A stretch of 64,000 nt of DNA, taken from positions 390,166,001-390,230,000 of the forward strand of contig OZ024741.1 in the NCBI GenBank assembly GCA_964016885.1, read 5' to 3'. The notes under the pieces are model-generated. The model did not search any database, had not been told where the DNA came from, and saw only the letters and a list, made by a program, of their open reading frames with translations. Source of the stretch: Eledone cirrhosa. Lineage: Eukaryota. The position numbers were made by a program, and so were the translations under genes. Below, piece after piece: positions 58,689 through 64,000 of this stretch (position 1 is its first letter; every line of letters begins with the position of its first letter).

Positions 58689-58738
<50 letters not shown>

Positions 58739-58751
58739 TTAATATAGATGA

Positions 58752-58800
58752 GATTCTACAGGACTAGAACTGTTTCATTCTTTAGAAATCATCAGGAATC
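58752..58800 (-). ncRNA. Hammerhead-like motif (related copies at 12995-13043 + and 12661-12709 -)
   Basis: GAUUC-CUGAUGA-UUUC(UAAA)GAAU-GAAAC-AGUUCUA-GUC-CUGUA-GAAUC. Confidence 0.5.
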
Positions 58801-59238
58801 TGGCTTTCCGAAAATAAATGTAGTGGTATTTATATCTTTTCAGGTGGTAGGAGAGGGTGGGGAGTGGGATGGGTGGAGGTCATTGGTTGAAAGAAAAGGG
58901 AATTCATTAAAAGTTAATTCTTTAACTCTATAGTTTATATTTAGAGTGACAAAGGCAAAAAGGATTCTATAAACAGGTTCAGAACAGGGTGCCACTCCTT
59001 ATTTTTAAGTTTCTCTTAAGCTAACAATGCCTATATTTCAGGTGTCTATAAGGTGGTTGTGTGTCGGTCATGGTTGATGGATTTAAAGAAAAGGGAAATT
59101 CTTTAAAAGCTAATTCTTTAAAGCTTTACTTAGAGTGACAAAGGCCAAGAGAATTCTATAGACCAGTTCAAATATTGGGTGTCTATCATTATTGTCATAT
59201 TTCTCTTAAGCTATATTCCAGGTGTCAACAGACACATT

Positions 59239-59363
<125 letters not shown>

Positions 59364-59508
59364 TTATTAAAACATATATACAAATATATATATATACACA
59401 TATATACATATATATATATACATATACACACACACATATATATATATACACACACACATACACATACATATACATATATACACATACATACATACATACA
59501 TACATACA

Positions 59509-59544
<36 letters not shown>

Positions 59545-59732
59545 TATATATAAGTATGTGTGTATACGTACATACATATATGTATACGGACGTACAGTAG
59601 CATGCATTGACGTGGTTGCCTTAACACCGTACGGCATAAAATTCAGGCTGTTCAGTTTGTTTACAAACGAACAAAGCGGCGTTATAATAAGCGTCCGCTA
59701 AACTGATACGTGCATATATGTATGTGTACCTG

Positions 59733-59788
<56 letters not shown>

Positions 59789-59900
59789 TGCTACTGTACG
59801 TCCGTATACATATATGTATGTACGTATACACACATACTTACATTTAAGTAAGTGCCGTACTAAGAGTGAGAAATGAAATTTCGTTTTCATTTTATTTCAA

Positions 59901-59942
<42 letters not shown>

Positions 59943-60679
59943 CAAACATACATATATATATATATATACACACACACATATATATATATATATACACATA
60001 CATATACACATACATATACACACACATATATATATATATATATATATCATCTCCCCTCTTCCGACCAATCTCTTCACGGATTACACATATGTGAACCTTG
60101 ATCCGAGAATCTACCGCATCCCAAGATTTTACTCAGCATTCCACCACATCTTTTTACGGAATTACCTTTATGACTCACCCCACACACACGCCCAAAAATA
60201 TTTTTTTTCCCACACGCCACCTACATCCACAACACGCATAAACACCACACACACACGTGCGTACCACCACATATTTACACATTCAGCCTCCGGAATCCTT
60301 TCCCCCCACCCCTCTATCCACACACGCACACACACACTCCGACCTACACCCCACCCCACACACACCTCTTCCTGAACATGCAACCCCGTTCTTCCCCCAA
60401 CCCTTGCTTTCACATACACACACACACACACGTACACCTACACACACACACCACCTTCAGCCCTCCCCGCTCGGACACCCCGTCTCCCTCTCCCCACTCC
60501 ACCCACCACCACCCCTACATGCCCCACACCCTTCCACCACCTGTTTTACCCCCATTTTAATTTTATTTTGATCATGCCTTTATTTTAATTTCATTTGCAC
60601 CGTTTCCCCTCACCCTCTTTTTGCTATATGTCTCTCCACCACTCCCCTACACACCCTTTGAACTCTCTTCCCACACACT

Positions 60680-60713
60680 TTTCACCTGAAGAAGGGCTTA
60701 TGCCCGAAACGTC
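60680..60713 (+). ncRNA. Hammerhead ribozyme core in a Penelope-like terminal repeat
   Basis: CUGAAGA-A-GGGC(UUAU)GCCC-GAAACGUC, followed by AATAAA-containing 17-bp repeats. The stem I partner is displaced. Confidence 0.6.
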
Positions 60714-60833
60714 GTTCCCCACCATCACCCCACTCCCAAGAGCGTGAAATTAATAAACCTTTGTATAATAAACCTTTGTATAATAAACCTTTGTATAATA
60801 AACTGCCTCTCTGTTTTGTTCCCGTTCAATTTT

Positions 60834-60869
<36 letters not shown>

Positions 60870-61550
60870 TTATTAAAATAACAGATTAAACTTTAAGCAA
60901 AGAATCGCTGCTTTCACCCTTAACGGGATCTTCTGAAACTAACAAAGTCAATCTGTAAACGCAGAACTGGATATTTCAAAAAACGTTGCAACCGGAGGAA
61001 GACAGGAAGACGATACTTTGGTTCGTGGTAACGTTCGCTGGCAAAGAACGGGAAAAAACGAATAATACGTCATTAATAGGAGCGGTGAAAAACAATTACG
61101 CGCAAAGACAATCCCTCTTTGGATTTTAGTCTTCAATTTTATTATTATTATTATTACTATATATATATATATATATGTACATACATAAACATACACACAT
61201 ACATACACATATATATAACACATATATACACATACATACATATACACATATATATACACATATATATATTACTAGCTATTGTGTGTATATGTGTGTATGT
61301 ATATATATATATTAATAGCTATTGTGTATATGTGTGTATGTATATATGTATATATTACTAGCTATTGTGTGTATGTATATATATATATATATATTTATAT
61401 TACTAGCTTTTGTGTATGTATATGTATCTATACATCACTAGCAATTGTGTGTATATGTGTGTATGCATGTATATGTTTATATTACTAGCTATTGTGTGTA
61501 TATGTGTGAGTGTATGTGTGTAAGAGTGTATTTATATTATTAGCTATTGT

Positions 61551-61738
61551 GGATTGGCAGTATCGGTAGAGCGTCGGACGCCATGCTTTGCAGCATAGAG
61601 TTACGGCCCTTTATGATCTGAGTTCAAACCCCGCCGAGGTTAACTTTGCCTTTCATCCTTACAGGGTCGATAAAATAAAGTACCAGTAATACACCGGGGA
61701 AATTGCTGGCCTTGTGCCAAAAGTAGAAACAATTATTA
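61551..61738 (+). mobile_element. SINE-A with TSD ATTATTAGCTATTGTG
   Basis: Duplicated target at about 61536-61551 and 61732-61747. Confidence 0.85.
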
Positions 61739-62344
61739 GCTATTGTGTGTATGTGCGTGCGTGTGTGTTTGTATGTATGTATGCATGTGTATGTACTTAT
61801 TTATGTATAGGCACGCATATATGTATGTGTGTGTTTGCATTTATGCATATGTATATGTGTATGTACGTATTTGTGTATGTATGTATTTGTGTATGTATTT
61901 GTGCATATATGCGTATGTGTATGCATGTGTGTGTGTATGCATGTGTGTGTGTATGAATGTTATATATATAAGCATGTATGTGTGCATATGTATGTAAGTA
62001 TGTATGTATATGTATATATGTATGTGGTAAATGTGTGTATGTATATATGTATGTATGTATAAATGTATGTGTGTGTGTCTGTGTGTGTATAAGTGTGTGT
62101 GTGTGTGAGTGGTAAATGTATGTATGTATGTATGTTCTGGTTTATAATTTCACAAATTGTTTACCAATAGAGAGAGAGTCGGTTTCTAACGAAGACACAA
62201 GACTTTCTAATTGGGATTTACACAACATCAACTAGGTAGATATGTATGTATGTATGTATAGATGTTATTGTATGTGTGTATGTGTATGCTTTGAGTTGTA
62301 TGTGTGCATGTGTATATGCTTTGTATCTGTACATGTGTATATGC

Positions 62345-62672
62345 AGTTATTAGATGCAACATTTTTGGAATGTTTTACATATTTTTACTGTTCCATTAAT
62401 GGATTGTACTTGTAATTTCCTAACTAGTCATGTTCTTTCTGTTCCTGTGAGGCCTAGCTTCTCAAGATTTGTATTGAGGCAGTTACTAACATATCCCAGT
62501 GCTCCAATAATCACAGGTATAAATCTGAAGGTGTAATCAGGGTGGAGTATCTGCAGAGTTCTCATCAGTTCTGCATAAATATTCCCCTTTTCGCTAATCT
62601 TTGATATTATATTGGCATCTGCTGGGCAGTTAATTTCCACTACTGTGCATGCCTTCTTTTCCCTGTCCCATA
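62345..62672 (-). mobile_element. RLE-type non-LTR element 3' fragment (second family)
   Basis: WDREKKACTVVEINCPADANI..K...YAELMRTLQILHPDYTFRFIPVIIGALGYV. Confidence 0.72.
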
Positions 62673-62696
62673 TGTATGTATGTATGTCTTTCACAC

Positions 62697-64000
62697 CGTC
62701 AATCGAGCTGATACAGATCCAAACCTTGTTCCATGCACTTCTCCTGGAGCTGTCTAGCTGAGAAGATCATATCAGTAGTGCCGCGTCCAGCACGAAAACC
62801 AGATTGACTTTCAGGAAGAACACAATCTGCAATGTGTGTCAGCAGACGGTCCAGAAGCACCCTACATAAAACTTTCCCTACGACAGAAAGCAATGATATA
62901 CCTCTGTGGTACCCACAATCATTCCTGTTACCCTTTCCCTTGTACAAGATCACCATTACTGCATCTCTCCAGTCCTCAGGCACGGATTCATTAGCCCATA
63001 TCCTGCCAAACAAAGAGTGAAGATGTTGCAGGAGTCTCTCACCACCATATTGTAGGAGCTTAGCATGTATACCATCCATACCTGGAGACCTTCCACTGTT
63101 CAGCTTCGAGATAGCCACTGCAACCTCCACAAGCGTCAGAGGTTCTGCGAGAGCTACTTTCACAGGACTTTCTGGAATGAGATTGAGGAAATCTTCACTG
63201 ACGACAGACGGCTGATTCAAAAGATCATCAAAGTGCTCTCGCCACCTTCGTAGAATTCCTTGTGAGTCACGAAGAAGTTCTTTGCCATCCTTGCTGCGAA
63301 GCGGTGTCACCAGAGAAGAAGACGGTCCATAAACCTCACGCAAGAGACTGTACAAGAGCTTTGTGTTATTGGAATCTGACGCAGTTTGTATCTCACCAGC
63401 CTTCTCACTCCACCACTGATCCTTCATCTGAGAAAGACTCCGCCTAACACGTGATTTTACATCCTTAAGTTCCTCATGCAACGTAATCCTCTCCTGTGAT
63501 TTTGCCGTCAAGTAGCGTGACAGAGCACGCCTCTTATCAGCCAACAAGTCTTCTATATGCACATCATTCTCATTAAACCAGCCCTGATGTTTTCTCTGCA
63601 CCAATCCCAGAACACGCCTGCCTACATCATAAACCGACTTTTTAAGGGTCGGCCAATCCTCACCAAGATCTGCAGCCTGCATCTCTTCTTCCAATGTCCT
63701 CTTCACATTTTTATCCTTAAGACGAGCAGCATTCAATCTTTTGGGCAGGGCAACACCAGGAGCCCGGATTTTACGTTTAGTGATTAGTTTCACTTTTGCG
63801 CGTACCAGGCGGTGGTCCGTCCAGCACTCAGCTCCACGAAGAGCACACACCGCACATCCTGTCTGTCACGCATCCTGACTAGGACGTAGTCCAAAAGGTG
63901 CCATTCCTTAGATGCAGGATGCATCCATGTGGTCTTGAATTTGTTCTTTTGTTGGAACATGGTGTTGGTAACACACGGATCCAGCTCCTCACACATCTGC
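62697..64000 (-). mobile_element. RTE-clade (BovB-like) LINE fragment, EN end to RT start; runs off the window
   Basis: TWMHPASKEWHLLDYV, CWTDHRLV, SPGMDGIHA, RGISLLSVVGKV, LPESQSGFRAGRGTTDMIFSARQLQEKC. Confidence 0.92.

Overview
AT-rich, microsatellite-saturated animal genomic DNA. The repeat landscape suggests a cephalopod, probably an octopus (inference, not verified). One host protein-coding gene can be reconstructed. It lies on the minus strand with 4 coding exons: 36059-35871, 16693-16276, 14220-13894 and 6021-5702. All introns are GT-AG with phases 0/1/1, giving 417 aa. The product is a secreted AA15-type lytic polysaccharide monooxygenase (signal peptide, His1 brace, TAxH, QExF), followed by a (TTSK)n mucin-like linker and a C-terminal 6-Cys module. 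The rest of the window is transposon-derived: a full-length but frameshifted Tx1/L1-clade LINE and relatives chained through (ATT)n tracts; RTE/RTE-X and RLE-type LINE fragments; two tRNA-derived SINE families; a Tigger/pogo deletion derivative; a long-TIR foldback element; and many Penelope-like inverted repeats in (TA)n. Several of these inverted repeats carry minimal hammerhead-ribozyme motifs, one with an apparent compensatory U3-A8 core. A conserved pseudoknot-like structure sits at the 5' end of RTE-derived elements. No CRISPR array, rRNA or bona fide tRNA gene is supported. Repeat boundaries are approximate; exon boundaries were read base by base.
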